Of a stretch of DNA of 64,000 nt, positions 37,788-52,934 are shown piece by piece. The first letter of the stretch is position 1; each line of letters opens with the position of its first letter. The DNA comes from the human T2T-CHM13v2.0 reference genome, Homo sapiens. The notes under the pieces are model-generated. The model was not told the DNA's origin. It was given only the letters and a program-made list of their open reading frames with translations, and ran no database searches. The stretch lies in the NCBI RefSeq assembly GCF_009914755.1, contig NC_060925.1; one strand, given 5' to 3'. The position numbers and the translations under genes are program-made.

Positions 37788-37982
37788 CATATGGTTTGGA
37801 TATTTATTTTCCCCAAATCTCATGCTGAAATGTGATTCCCAGTGTTGGAGGTGGGGCTTGACGGGAAGTGCTTGGCTCATGGGGGTGGATCCCTCATGAA
37901 TGGCTCAGTGCCATCCCCTGGTTGATGAGTGAGTTCTCCTCTGAGTCACAGAGATCTGATTATTTAAAGTGTGTAGCACATT
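37788..37982 (+). mobile_element. MST (MaLR) LTR 5' half
   Basis: atatggtttggatatttattttccccaaatctcatgctgaaatgtgattcccagtgttggaggtgggg... Confidence 0.85.
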
Positions 37983-40686
37983 GAAGACCTAATGTGACCA
38001 GTAACCCATTAGAAGAAAACAGGATAATCTCAATATGTTGAGGTAGGGGAAGGTGTCTTAAGCACAAAAGGTGCAAGTCAGGAAGGGAAAGTTTATTAAA
38101 TTTGATTGCATGTAAACTCTAAATTTCTTTATAAAAAAGAAAAATTAAACATAATACTTCCAAATCCTGAAAGAAAACATAGGCAATGTATATAATTCAG
38201 AATGTGTGTAGAACTACATATTGTCCCATTTGTACAGCCCATGTGAAAAATGGACAATAGGTATGAATAACCACGTTACTCAAATGTCCAACACACATAT
38301 GAACAGGTGCTCAAAATTACCAGTATTTAGTAATTTTACTTTAAAAGTAGCAACCTATATGGTGGAGGACTTGAGCCAAGAACAAGAAAGGATGTTTATG
38401 AGCTGAAGATAACCAACTGTGACTTTTAGGGGAGGCTCCCATTGATAGAGACAATGTTAATGAATTCTGAGTTATTACTTTTAATATGAACTTATTATTT
38501 TTTCCTATAGACAGGTGATAGCTAGAGAAACCCTATTTATACATGTAGAATTTATAAGCAAAAATTGAAAGTATTTATAAAGTATTTTAAGGGACATTTT
38601 CAAAATAAGGAACACATTTCAAATACTTAAAATGATTAAACTACATGAACGCCCCTGTCTTACCAGTGAAAGAAAAGAAGGAAATTTGCATTTCCTGAGC
38701 ATCTATTATATGCTAAACACAGTCAACTCAGCATGTTTCCCTACTTATCTATAAGAATGCAACCCTCCTACAACCCTATTACGTGCTAACATTCACATAT
38801 CAATAACAATTTATATATAAGAAAATTAAGACACCTTTTATCACATAAATATAAAATTTACATTTTACTCCATGATATCTGTTTACTTAAAACATATTTT
38901 AAAGTATTTGCTATAGGGTAAAATGTATACCCAAAGAAAATGCAGACAATTGATTTGGTGGCTTCATGTCCCAGGGGTGTACACACTGTAGTTGAGAAGT
39001 ATGGTCCTGTACCATGCATAATAGCTGACACTGGGTAGCAACTTACTGTGTACAAAGTGCTTTCACATGAAGCCTGGAAGACACAAAGAAAAGAAAATGT
39101 TGAGGGAGCATATAATCATCTCTGAATGGGGATGATAATTCCTATCTCCAGGTTGTAAATACACAGTATGGTATGCCTGATACAAAACAGCTGGCATTTA
39201 TTATAGTCTCTCAATTGTTACATTTTAAATTAGGTGGCATGAGTTACCTGGAACCAAACAGCTAGTAAAAGACAGTACATATTACTGAATTCAAGTCTTC
39301 TGAATCCAGGAGCTCTGCTTTTTCTTATGCCAACTGCCTGCTTATCATACAGAGAGTATGGAATGATTCTCTGTTTAAAAAAATTAAAAAAGAAAGAAAA
39401 AAAAAACTAGTGTTATTTGCTTCGAAAACACCAACCCTCAGATATATAGTAGTGTTATAATTGAAGCATTAGCAATTATTTTCTTTGTCAAATCATTTAT
39501 TTCTTTTCAACCAGAATATTGGCAAAGCTTGCTCCTTCACTCTGTTCAGATTTCTGCTTGTTTTTTTCTAAGCTCATCCTTCAATGAACACATGCTGCAA
39601 AATAGCACGATACCGTTACTATTACCTCATACCATTTGTATTTCTTCATAGAATTTATCTGCTTGTAATATATAAGCATTATATTATATATGACATTATA
39701 GTATAAATGCTGTTGCTATTTGTTTATTCTTTAATGGCCAGCCTGCTGAAATAGAAGTGCCTTGTGGCCAAGCATTTGTGTGCTGTTTATTGCTGTACTC
39801 CTACCACCTAGAGTAGTAGGTCCTCAATAAACATTTGTTAAATAAACATATGTTGAATCAACTGTCTAGGCATCCCATCTAAGACTTCAGCCCTGGGAAT
39901 CTCTACTTCCTAGGCTCTATTCATCCATATGGCTTGATTACTCAAGAGCCAGAGTTACCTGAGAATGCACAGAGCAAATGTCCTCACTGCACATTCTTGA
40001 AGAGGGATGTTCAAGCCAGAAATAGCATAGATAAAAAACAAAATTATAATCAAACCATATCTATCTACTTGTAGAATGATTTCAAAAGACAGCAAGGTTA
40101 AGAAGGCTTTTCAAAATCCAAGGCATTATGCCAAATATATAACATATATTTAATAAAAGTGGAAAATTTGGAAACTTCCATCTCTGGTGGGAGTAATCCA
40201 ACTTCCTATGGTTCCACTGTGCAAGATACCCTAGATTCTAAGAAGGAAGTAAAACATGGTGTATTGCAGGGAAACTTCAAGTAATTGAATTTGTGTGAAC
40301 TTTCAGACTAAGCTGATAGAAAATCGCATGGTTTATTTTAATGTTTCTGCTATTAGTTATTTTTTCACGATAATTTAACTGGTGAATCCAGTTATCTATT
40401 TAGACAATAGATGTATTTTTATTCTGGCTATGTCATAATATTCTGCAATTACAAAATCACATAACACTTAAATTACTGCCGTAAAGCTAAGAAGAAATAA
40501 CTTGCCATATTCCAAATTCCTAAAGGAGCTCGATCTCTGTTACCTAAGCAATCCCTCCTCTGTTTTGCTCTTTTGTGATTCTTAGGCTGGAATCACGTTT
40601 TGGCTCTATCAGCCTAAGGAGCAGTTAGCCACCTGTCACTGAGTTAGGGAACAAAAAGACCAAGGCGATAGGTATTTGCACCATAA

Positions 40687-41024
<338 letters not shown>

Positions 41025-41256
41025 AATTCTGTATTATTTTGCATTTCTGACACTCATGACTTGATACCTTAAACATTCAAACACATAGAAGCACTTATTT
41101 GTGTGAACAGCAGTTTCTTTCCTTGAACCAAAGATTGTCAACCCTTAATCTAAAACATAAAAGGAAATAAAATTCAAACACCACTTCTCCATTACTTGTA
41201 AATTTTATTTCTCTCTTCTTAATATATTAATACCCAAATTCCAGCCAAAATATTAA

Positions 41257-41388
41257 GGATGGATGTGGTGGCTTATGCCTGTAATCCCAGCACTTTGGGA
41301 GGCTGAGGTAGGTAGATTGTTTGAGCTCTGGAGTTTGAGATCAGCCTGGGCAACATGGCAAGACCTTATCTCCAAAAGAAAAAAAAAA
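41257..41388 (+). mobile_element. Alu monomer (FLAM/left arm)
   Basis: Single arm followed by an A tail. Confidence 0.85.
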
Positions 41389-41487
41389 GGTTAAGAAATC
41401 TAAATTTCAGTTAATTTTGCCCTTATTGCTAAGTAAATCTGAGTAAATTATAGATGTTAGTAATTTGGGGTAAGAATTCCCAAAACC

Positions 41488-41768
<281 letters not shown>

Positions 41769-42014
41769 TTCCCAAAACCAGATGTTTAGGGTGGAGAGTT
41801 CATTACTGACAACAGTAGAGAATCTCATCTTCAATTTTAGAGATAAATTATATCAAGGGAAATTTTGACAGCCAAAGTGAAGTCCTGAAATTAAACAGAG
41901 TAAAGAAATTATCAATCTAGTAAAGATCCTCAAAGAATGCTTTCTGGAGAACAGTTTTAGATAAAATAAGCAAATAAAGAATGAAGATAGCAGAGATAAA
42001 GCCGGAGAAGTAGA

Positions 42015-42339
42015 AACTATCAATGTTTTTACCCCCTTCAAAAATAATGTTGAAACTTAGTACCCAATGCAACAGTGTTGGGAGCTTGGGCCAAATGGGA
42101 GGTATTTAGATCATGAGAATTTCACTCACGTAAATAGACTGATTAATGCCACTCTAACGGGCATGTAGGGGGTGAATTCGCCCCGTTTGTCATGTGAGGA
42201 CACAGCAAGAAGGCCTCACCAGATACTGATGCTTGACCTTGGACTTCCACCTCAAGTACTGTGAGAAATACATTTCTGTTCTGTATAAATTACCCAGTCT
42301 ATAGTATTCCATTACAGCAGCACTAAATGGACTAAGACA
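42015..42339 (+). mobile_element. MST-type MaLR LTR
   Basis: ...catgtgaggacacagcaagaaggcctcaccaga...ataaattacccagtct...ggactaagaca terminus. Confidence 0.8.
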
Positions 42340-43194
42340 GTGGGAAAGTATGCATGTCCATTACAGGGAGGGTCAGAGAACAGGAGTTTTCATGAACCAG
42401 AAACTTCTTTCACTCATATTTTCTCCATGAGACATGCAATAAACAGATGAATGATGCCAACTCTGGCCTTGTACAGTATATCATGACTGGTTCACATCAC
42501 TCCCCAGGTTTCCATATGCATTCACTCTCCTCTCCTGCCTCAACACTGAGTCTCTTTTATTCCACTCCAAAGTAAAGAGGTCATCCCTAGAACTACAGAA
42601 GCTCTTTCTGCCAACAGAGTTGTCTGGAGTTTATGGCATTAGCTTTGAGCAACAGGAAAAGTAGAATACAAAACTGCAATACAGAAACTACAAAATTTCA
42701 AGGAAGGACTGGCTGAGAGAAGCATTGAGGTTGGAGGGGAAGGAATGGCATTGTTGTGAAAACGTGTTCTGGGAACTGAGCTTAAATTGAATTGTAGGAG
42801 GCTGCAGTCCCACTGGAAAATGCATACTGGCACCAAGATGACTGCTGCTTCCAGGAACATCCTCCCACTCCTTAGCAATGTGGAACAGATTGAAGGAAGC
42901 TCAAACAATCCATTTAAGCAGGAAGTAAATAGATTAAGAGAGCAACCAGATGGCCTAAGGCACTATCGGTATAGCTATCCCCACCCCTCAGCGCCCCCAT
43001 CAGCTTTTCCTTCCTTGTTTCTTCTCACTGTCTGAAAGACTACTCAGGCGTGCACTGCGAGGTGGAGATCTGACTTCTCTTGTTCCCGCTTAAGACTGCC
43101 TCCTGTGTAAGTTTCTGCTATCTAGATCTTTGACTACCAACCAGCCAGGAGTGGTCTGCCTCTTCTTTGGTCTGAGCTTGCCTTGTGCTTATAT

Positions 43195-43804
43195 TGTTGT
43201 ACCCAAGCGAGTTAAGAAAATACCCCACACTTTGAGACGAATTAAGAGTCCTTTAGTAAGCCAGTGGCCAAAGAGACGGCTAATGCTCAAAATTCTCTCG
43301 GCCCCGAGGAAGGGGCTTGATTAACTTTTATACCTAGGTTTAGGAAGGGGAGGGGGACTCAAATGCAATAATTCTACAGAAGCAAAAACATGCCTTAAAA
43401 GACAAATGGTTACAAGAAGAGCAACGGTACCAGGTGCAAGGTTGTAAATCTTTCATTGTAATTAGATATAGGGTCTATGCCGGACACGAACTCAAGGTTT
43501 TATGTTGTTATCTTTTTGAGAAAAAGCCTGGGAACTTCATACATTGTTGGTGTTACTACCTTATCAGTTAATTGGGCTCTTTTGAAACGCTGAGGATCTG
43601 TTTACCCAGGCCAACTCCTTACTAAAGGGGGTTGGGTAAGGAGCCCTTAGTGTCTTGTAAATTAAGGGGTCAATTGGAGTTTGTCCGACCTTCCCAGCTA
43701 GAGAGAGTCTTATTTACATGAGAAGCAAGGCTGGGTGATTAAAGAGACAAGCAGGACAAAATTCAAAGTAACGAGTTAGAGTAAAAACAAGGTTAGGCAT
43801 TTCA
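43195..43804 (-). mobile_element. LTR6-like (HERV-S71/T) ERV1 solo LTR
   Basis: TG...CA ends (tgttgtacccaagcgag...ggttaggcatttca); 4-bp TSD ATAT; TATA-like tataaaa on the minus strand. Subfamily from recall. Confidence 0.8.
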
Positions 43805-44624
43805 ATATAGGGTGGTTCTTAGTCCAGCAGGGCGTTTTCCCGATAACCACCTGTTTAACTACATTCACCCTTGGTGCAAGTGCCAAAAAACAAACAAACA
43901 AACAAAAAGACCAAGGCGATAGGTATTTGCACCATAAACTTCTCCCATCTTTTATGTCCGTAATTTTGTGTTATTTCGCATTTCTGACTGTTTATAGAAT
44001 TGAATTGGCCTTTACCTTATCATATAATAATATACTTTAATTTTAATCACAAATACATATGTTAAGTAGAACACAATCTAGGAAATACAAGATAATACAG
44101 AGAAAAATGGAAGTATTGGGGAAAAGGAAACAGCACAAAACCAAGTGTGACGAAAAAGATAAACTTTGACTTCTAATTTCAACTGAGAATCAATGGACAA
44201 AACATCAAAGCCATTATCTGAAATGCATGGTTCCATTCATGTGAGAGTTGGAGAGACAAATGTTAGTATTCCAAAAAAGAAAATAATTCGGTTTAGGCTT
44301 TGGGAAAATCAGATTCTGTGTCTTAACAGCAAAGGTCCAGCCCCAGCAGGAAGCATGAGAACCCAAACAATGCCCTTGTGCTAATATTGTTAAGTGGAGA
44401 ATCTGTAAAGAAATAATGAAGAAAATGACATTCACACAAGCTTAAAAGGACATGGATGTTTTGCTAAAGAAAAAAATATGTGTAGAAATTAGTAAATCAA
44501 GGAAGTAATTTTGCTTAGCATTCAAGTGCATGGGCTTTGGAATAAGGTAGATCTGGTTTGAATTTGGCTCCAACACTAACTAGGCGCCTAGTTTTTAGAA
44601 AATAGCTTCAATTACTGCTACACA

Positions 44625-44900
44625 CTGGATTATGTTATCTAAATTCATATGATGAAGCCATAACCTCCCAGTGTGATGATATTTGAAAACGAGGCCTTTG
44701 GTGGGTAGTTTATGAGGGTGGGGTCCTCATAATGTGATTAGCACCCTTATAAGAAGAGGTATCAGAGAGTGCTCTCTCTCTCTCTCAACACTAGGTGAGG
44801 ACCCTGCATAAATATGGCTATGTGCAAGCCAGGAAGAGGGCTCATACCAGAAACTAAGTTGGCCATCCTTGATCTTGGAACCCTCAGCATCCAGAAGACC
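44625..44900 (+). mobile_element. MLT1A-like LTR fragment
   Basis: aaattcatatgatgaagcc...gcccttataagaagag...gtgcaagccaggaagagggctcataccagaa. Confidence 0.7.
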
Positions 44901-46709
44901 CAAATCAACTAAGATAGTAGTCTTCTCTAAAAAGGGGAAACTTTGCTGCATAGAGTTGATTTGCAAAACAAGTGAACAATGCATATACCACAGTCTATTG
45001 CATCATGAAAAACCAGTGTGCAATAGGTCTTTTTGTTCTTAGCAAGGTAAAGACATTTGCAATACTGACAGGAGAAATGTCACCTACAAATACTCTAAAG
45101 TGTGAAGTGACATAAATGTTTCTGCACAGCTAAAACTTTGGTATATGTGGAACAGTATGGAAAATGAGGCCAGAAAGGTAAAATAGTAAGCTGCTTTTTG
45201 TCATAAAGAGAGAAATGGAACACTCATTGTTCAAAAATAGGTACATAATTGAGAGATTTTATTCAGAATAATGCCTGATTAATATAAATTTAGTCACTGT
45301 AATAATGTAGCTACATAATTTATATATATGTATATATATTCGCACATTTTTTGCTTTATCAGGAATTTTTGTATATTCTACTAATGACTTTTCTGTATGA
45401 TAGCACAAATTACAATTGTTGGCCACTGCCACAAAGTGGGGGAAAATGCACATTTTTAAGCATTTCTTTGCTTCATCTATGAAAATTTCATCTTTGTGGT
45501 ATGAATTATGGAGCATTGTCCTGAGTTGCCCTTATAGGTGACCGCAGTTTGTGTGTTGTATGCTGGAGTCCCAATTGAGGACATTACTGCATATAAAATG
45601 ATTATAAGTAAAAGGCAGAAAATGTTCTGAAGGGTCATAACTTCCAAGGGTTCTCTACCCTTTGACCTCTGGATTGGGGTTCCCAGTGACTGCCTTAATA
45701 TCCTTCTCTACCTACTGCCTTAAGGCCAACTCAATGTATCCACGTAAAGAGTACCCTAAAGCCAGTAAAAGATTATCACGAACACCCAGAGATGTTTATG
45801 GCCATCATTCCAGATCCTCTTTGCTTTTTCTTGACTTACTCCTTTTTTGATAAAGTTATTCATATGGTTTCAAATCCAGAATTCAGCTATTCACTTCATG
45901 GCCCTAGTTTGGATTAAAACAATCAGCTTTCTTTTGCTCTGTAGATGGCCTTGGACAGTACATATTAACAGTCTATGGGGCCCCTTTTCCACTCATGACC
46001 ACATCCTGCTTGCAGATCTGCTGCTGGGTTAACACCACATCATCTGCTAGTTGATGCCATTTATTTGACATCCTGGGGTTACAGCACGCTAAAGGGCACC
46101 CACTGTCCTTAACAGAGAAAAATACACTGCTGAGCAGAGGATTAAACAGACTCCTCACACTACCGGAAGTTCAGTGCATTTTCCAGGATTTTCAAGGCTT
46201 CGATGCTGTCATGTTGAGAGTCCACTATCCACGTTTGTTTATCCAGGAATAATGCAGAAAATCTGAGCATTCGTGAATCTAATCATTGAGGTAAAGTAAC
46301 CTAGTCATGGTCAAGAGGACAGCTAGTGTTAAACTCCTTCATATAAATTTAAGGAAGGATTTACATATTCATAATGACTTTCTGATCTGGAAAGCCCAGG
46401 CTTGTCAGTTATTAATAATTGGATGAATACTTCAGGTAGTATTTAAACAAATAGCGATTTCATAGAAGACATTTCCCCAACCAGGAGATGCAGTAAAGTA
46501 TTGGTAGCAATAGATGCTCCTACCAAGATCTCCTCCTGCCACTGCCACTCTGTGCACAGGAAAGGAGGGGAGAAGAAGCCATGTTGCTTCTCTTATATTT
46601 GAGCATCATTTAAGGGAATATAAGTCTCTAATGACTCACATGTAAGTCTGCTGGGTAAGAAAGTTCTAATGTTGGAACTCCTTTCAGCTATCGAATTTTG
46701 TAAGAAAAA

Positions 46710-46870
46710 AAACTTATTTGTGTTTATATACAGTTATGAGATACAAGTGTAATTTCGTTACATGGATATATGCCATATTGGTGAAGTCAGAGATTTCAGT
46801 GTGCACATCACCCGAAAAATGTTAACTGTACCCATTAAAGTAATTTCTCATCCCCCATTTCCCCTCACCA
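46710..46870 (-). mobile_element. L1 3'-end fragment abutting the IFI16 promoter
   Basis: tacaagtgtaatttcgttacatggatata...gtacccattaaagtaatttctcatccc. Confidence 0.7.
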
Positions 46871-46879
46871 CATGCTCCA

Positions 46880-47130
46880 GCCCTTGCCAGGAAACTGTTC
46901 ATTTTCTCTGACTAACAGAAACGAAAGCTAAAAACACTGGTGGGAGGAGTCTCCACATTGTTTCCTACTCCATTTTCTCTGGGGCAATAGCAGAATAGGA
47001 GCAAGCCAGCACTAGTCAGCTAACTAAGTGACTCAACCAAGGCCTTTTTTCCTTGTTATCTTTGCAGATACTTCATTTTCTTAGCGTTTCTGGAGATTAC
47101 AACATCCTGCGGTTCCGTTTCTGGGAACTT
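46880..47130 (+). promoter_or_regulatory. IFI16: IFI16 TATA-less interferon-responsive promoter: ISRE (46917-46928), AP-1 (47029-47035), GAS-like (47119-47127)
   Basis: AGAAACGAAAGC fits the GAAANNGAAA ISRE; TGACTCA; TTCTGGGAA fits TTCN3GAA; consistent with IFN inducibility of IFI16. Confidence 0.75.
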
Positions 47131-47226
47131 TACTGATTTATCTCCCCCCTCACACAAATAAGCATTGATTCCTGCATTTCTGAAGATCTCAAGATCTGGA
47201 CTACTGTTGAAAAAATTTCCAGTGAG
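46981..47226 (+). other. IFI16: IFI16 exon 1 (non-coding 5'UTR; start approximate)
   Basis: Matches the recalled IFI16 5'UTR; consensus donor GAG|gtgagt at 47226/47227. Confidence 0.82.
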
Positions 47227-48164
47227 GTGAGTACTGTTCCTGATTTTGTAAATATGATCTTGTTCCTTCCTTGAAGTCCCCAGAATCACAAGGGGACAAT
47301 CAGTATTGGTTATTCAGGGTCATGGGATGATGGGAGTAGGGCTGAGTATTCAGAAAAGTGAAAACTGAGTTGCTTGATATGAATCCTTCATTTACTTAGG
47401 AAGATAACAGGCATCTTCTATTCCACCACAACTGAGGACTGAACAAGAGAAAATGCATTTTGACCGTTGCAGATTTTAAAATTAATTATCCGAGTGTATA
47501 TTGGCATAAGTTGGTACTTAGAAGAGGGCTTCTGTTATTTTGGCTGGAAGAAGTGTTGGAAACTCGGTAGCTGTGGTGGGTTCTCAAGATAGTGACATGA
47601 AAAAAGTATCATGAAAGAATATTAAGTAAAAAACATATCTGAGCATAGAGATGTATTATATGACATCATCCCAATTTTACAAAACATAAGAACAAATGTA
47701 CACAGAGTAGAAAATTTTTTTCAGTTTCACAAACACAGTTACTCAAGCACATGGTGTCTTAATATTTTCATAAGTATATTGATCCTTTACTTTAGCTCCA
47801 TTCTACACCGGGTGCTAGCGGCAGAATTTCAATCATTTTGGAATTACTCTCTGCCCTCCTGAAAGTTAATGATTTTTTTTTTCCTTGTGGCAAGGTATAG
47901 GGGAGTGGAGGGGAAGGCAATTAGGAAAAGGTTACTATTGTTTACTTTTCAAATTTTTAAAAGATGTTTTCTATAGCCTGGTACAATATTTCATGTGTGC
48001 TTAAATGGAATGTGAGATTCTTAAATGTTGTTTTCAGAATTTTATTAGATAAATGTTGTTAATTACGTTGTTCAAATTTATTATATCATTACAGATTTTT
48101 TCACCTTGTTCATTTAGTAATTGAAGCATAAACTGAAATCTCCTATTATAAAGTTTGCTTTTTT

Positions 48165-48461
48165 GGCCGGGCACAGAGGTTCATGCCTGTAATCCCAGTA
48201 CTTTGGGGGAGACCAAGGCGAGCGGATCACTTGACGTCAGGAGTTCCAGACCAGCCTGGCCAGCATGGCGAAACCCTGTCTCTATTAAAAATACAATAAT
48301 TAGCCGGGTATGGTCATGTGTGCCTGTAATCCCAGCTACTCAGGAGACTGAGGCAGGAGAATCGCTTGAACCAGGAGGCAGAGGTTGCAGTGAGCCGAGA
48401 CTGTGCCACTACACTCCAGCCTGGGTGACAGAGCAAGGCTCTGTCTCAAAAAAAAAAAAAA
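48165..48461 (+). mobile_element. Alu (AluS)
   Basis: Full Alu with polyA. Confidence 0.95.
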
Positions 48462-49624
48462 TTTTTTTTCTTTGTAGTGCTCTCACAATCACATACATGT
48501 TATGTGTATATATAATATACATTCACACACAAATATATGTATATATAATCATGTATACAAACAGGTACACACATATATGTGTGTAGTGATGTCTGTACAT
48601 GTGTGTATATGAAGAGAAATATATACTAATTATAGTACCATGAAGCACTATAAAATAATAAATAATATCATTAGATAAATTAGATAAATTCATAACTAAA
48701 ACATAATTTTCTAGGAGTTGAAACTTTTATCATTATGTGGTATCTGAAGTTACTTTTGGGCTTAAGGTATATTTAAAATTACACAAACATAGATAAACTG
48801 GCTTTCTTTAGTTATTCCTTGCAAGATAATTTTTAACAATTTTTTTCACCTTTTGTTAACAATATATATGTAGATTTCTTAAATCAAATTTGATGAAAGT
48901 TGTCACTTAACAGGTCAGACCTTTTAGGTATATGCTGGTAATTAACAATCTGCTGTCTTTACTTCAATTTATGACACTTCTATATCATCTCACTATCTAA
49001 GACAATTGCTTTAGTGAATTGTCATGTTCTTTTTCTTCCCTCCCTTTACCATGCTGTTGTAATTTCTGTTTCTCTTATCTTTGATCAGGGTTTTCTTTGT
49101 AAGACATTAGGAACACCTAAAAAAGTTTATTTTTCACTCTTCTTATCTTTTGGCTGGCAGAATTTTTAATTTTATTCATTGTTTTCCTATTAAATATTAT
49201 TTTCAATAGATGTTTTCTTGTGGTATGAGTCTTTGTCTTGCAAAAAGACTGAGGCCCTGAGTATCACAAAATAGTTTTTGAGACTCTTCTATTTAAATAT
49301 CATTTTGCCTAAATTAAAACTCTAAAATGTAAAATTATATTTTCCCTTAAGACAAGATGAAAGCACCTCTTCTGTGCTGTGGAGCTAGATACATTTTGAA
49401 GTTAAGAATCTGGAGGCTTCAGAAAGGCTATTTAGTGTATATATTCTAAATAGTGTCTTACTAGAAACTCCATTGGGATATAAATAATTACTCCAAAATC
49501 AAAAGCACTAATATTGCAAAACAAAACATGTGAGTGTTCACATTTCAGTGAAATAAAGATTATACATAGCCTACTGTCATCCCAAATCTGGTTTTATTTT
49601 GCAAATAAATTGTGCTGTCACACT

Positions 49625-49920
49625 TGTTGGAAACAAGTGCTCAGTGCCACAAAGAAAAACCAGCACTTAAACAGGAAATTTCTCAGCAAAGCATATTTGC
49701 TTCTACAGAAGGGTGCTGCCTGCGTCAGTCACAATGCACATTCTAAGCTGACCGGATTGGCTACTGCTTTAAATTCTATAGGGGTAATTAGGCGGGAAGG
49801 AAGACACTGTCCTGTACCAATTAGGCGGGAAGGCATGTCTGGGGCGGCAAAGGAAGGAAGGGTTGTTTACAGAACAGGAAAGAACAGGAAAGTTTGAAGA
49901 CGAACTTATTGTTTCTAGCA
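49625..49920 (-). mobile_element. LTR10-family solo LTR, internally shortened, in IFI16 intron 1
   Basis: tgttggaaacaagtgctcagtgccacaaagaaaaaccagcac...tctagca; 4-bp TSD CACT. Confidence 0.72.
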
Positions 49921-50230
49921 CACTCACAAAATAAGTCAAAACTTTCCATTGAAAATTTTTTTTGGTTTTGCAATTGATATGGAACTTTGGACCAACATTA
50001 TATAAAAATAACTCCATTGTCCTGCTTCAGGCAGTTTTGATATAGAGATTCACTTTCAATTTGATTCTTGAATCTTTGTAGGTGATCTATTCCTCATTAC
50101 CGAAGGCTTACAGAGTATTTTTGTTCATTATATTCTTCAGTTTCACTATAATGTGTTTTTGTATAGATTTTCCCTTCATTCTCTGGACCTTTTCAGTCCA
50201 AGGATCCTCATGTTCTCGTAAGAAGGAAGC

Positions 50231-50533
<303 letters not shown>

Positions 50534-51626
50534 CAATTAATAGCCCCTGAAATTTAGATACCTTGGTTATACACAAAGACATCATTCCTAAAATTAAAAA
50601 ATTCATTAATTTAAAAGTTTTGGAATCCATACCTTGCACTGTCATCATGGAAGTGTACAGGTGTTAAGAGGTCAAGAGCAGTGACACTCTGTCCATAGGG
50701 AGACTCTGAAATCTACCAGGAGACAAAGCCTCAGTTGAGTCTTAAGGTTGTATGGGAAGTAGTCAAAGAAAGAAATGTGGGAATGGCTTTCCAGGCAGTA
50801 AGAAGGAACTAGCAAAGTCATGAGGCATGAAGACACAAGGTGTCCGGCATCTTTGTGAAGCATAGATAGAAGGAATACAAAGGTACTAGAAGTAAAAAAG
50901 ATGCAGCTTATTCAACACTTTCTGAGACAGTATAGGAAGCAAGGAATTTTGGGGAAGAAAAAGGAGAAATATTGAAGGATTTCAGTGGAATATAAATGTG
51001 GCTTATCGAGAGAAAACTGATTGTGCGAAAAGAAATAATTAGACAAATCAAGCCTGAAAGAAGAAAAATAAAACAACCAATAAAATCATTTCAGTGAATA
51101 AATACTGTGATGCTGCACTAGAAAGCATGCAGATTTTCAGCAAAGTTATGGTTTTATGGGTACAGAGAACAGAAGCCATGGTCTAGCACCAAAGAAGGGA
51201 GGATGCTAATGAAAGCCAACTAGGGAAGAGTCAAGGAGAATAGGGTCAGTGCCACAGCATGAAACTGTAGCGCTGTAGCAGAAAGTTATTCATATAAGGT
51301 GGGAGGCTGCAGCCCATTTACACCTAGGCCGCTCCAGTCATACTGGGTGTGGGAAGATTTAAGAAACAACAGGCAGGATTTGGGGAATAGGCTTCAGCCC
51401 CAGTAAAGGATAAGAAGAGGAACCAAGGGCTTTGACACTGCAGAGCTCATACTCTTAACACTGAGGCAATTGCTTGTTCTCAGACCTCCCTCTAACAACT
51501 GGACCCAACTCAACTATTCTCATTCAATGGGAATATCTTAGACATTCCTAACCCAGCAGTTCTTCACTCAATTTCTACAGTAACACATTTGGTCGTTGAG
51601 TCCTTCTTTATCACACATATTCATGA

Positions 51627-52070
<444 letters not shown>

Positions 52071-52934
52071 TAGAGCCCCACCTCGGACATACTTGAGATG
52101 TGTTTTCCCCAGTTTGTGACTCAACAGCTGAGACAATGTTGGTACTTCAGAGGCCAACAAGTTGACAACTTAGTGCATTCCATTACTGGTGTAGATTGAA
52201 GTATTTCAGAATGTATATTTGGGATCAGTGAAAGAACAAAAGTGAGAGGGAGTTGAAGGGGGACTGAGACTTCCAGTACATTAGAAAGATTATATAATAA
52301 TAAAATCATAAAAACTGTTTAAATTCAAGATATGTACATTTAGCCAATGAATGTATCTGTTCTATTGAGACCATTTAACCCATCACTACCCTTTATAATT
52401 TAAAAAAATGCAATACTTACATGTGAGCCTGCCTCTCAGAAGTGTGATCTCCTCTCTTGTTATATCAAGTTAAAAAAAAGGATTTGAAAAAGTCTAAGTC
52501 CAAAATCAGTATATCCTTCCTCATGGAAACCTTTGGCTGGTTTCTATAATTTGAATATCTTTACCTGGGGAATGTGACCTAGCAGTCTCCATCATGAAAA
52601 CATTAGTTTTTAAAACAAAATGATCGGAGAACCGCATTGGGAAAGGGTTAACTGAAGCACATGGAGTTCAGAGAACAGGAAGCATGTGCTCAGTGCACAG
52701 GGGAGGAGTGAGGAAAGTGCTGAGGAGCATGAGTCAGTGCTTGTTCCTGTCTTGTGACTGCTGGTCTCCTTAAGGCCAGGCTGGGCTAATGCAGTAGAGC
52801 TAGACTAAAGCACAGCTGAACCCTCAAGCAGGAACTGAGAGCAAATTGTATTGAAACTGCTTCAGCTGTCGGAGATCGTTTATATGTCTTCCTTTTTTCT
52901 GCATTGGTTGGGAATAAAATTGAATCTATTCCAG

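Noticed and set aside
49831-49850. Full p53 response element in the LTR10 copy
   Set aside because: Only one decamer fits RRRCWWGYYY; the adjacent decamer does not.
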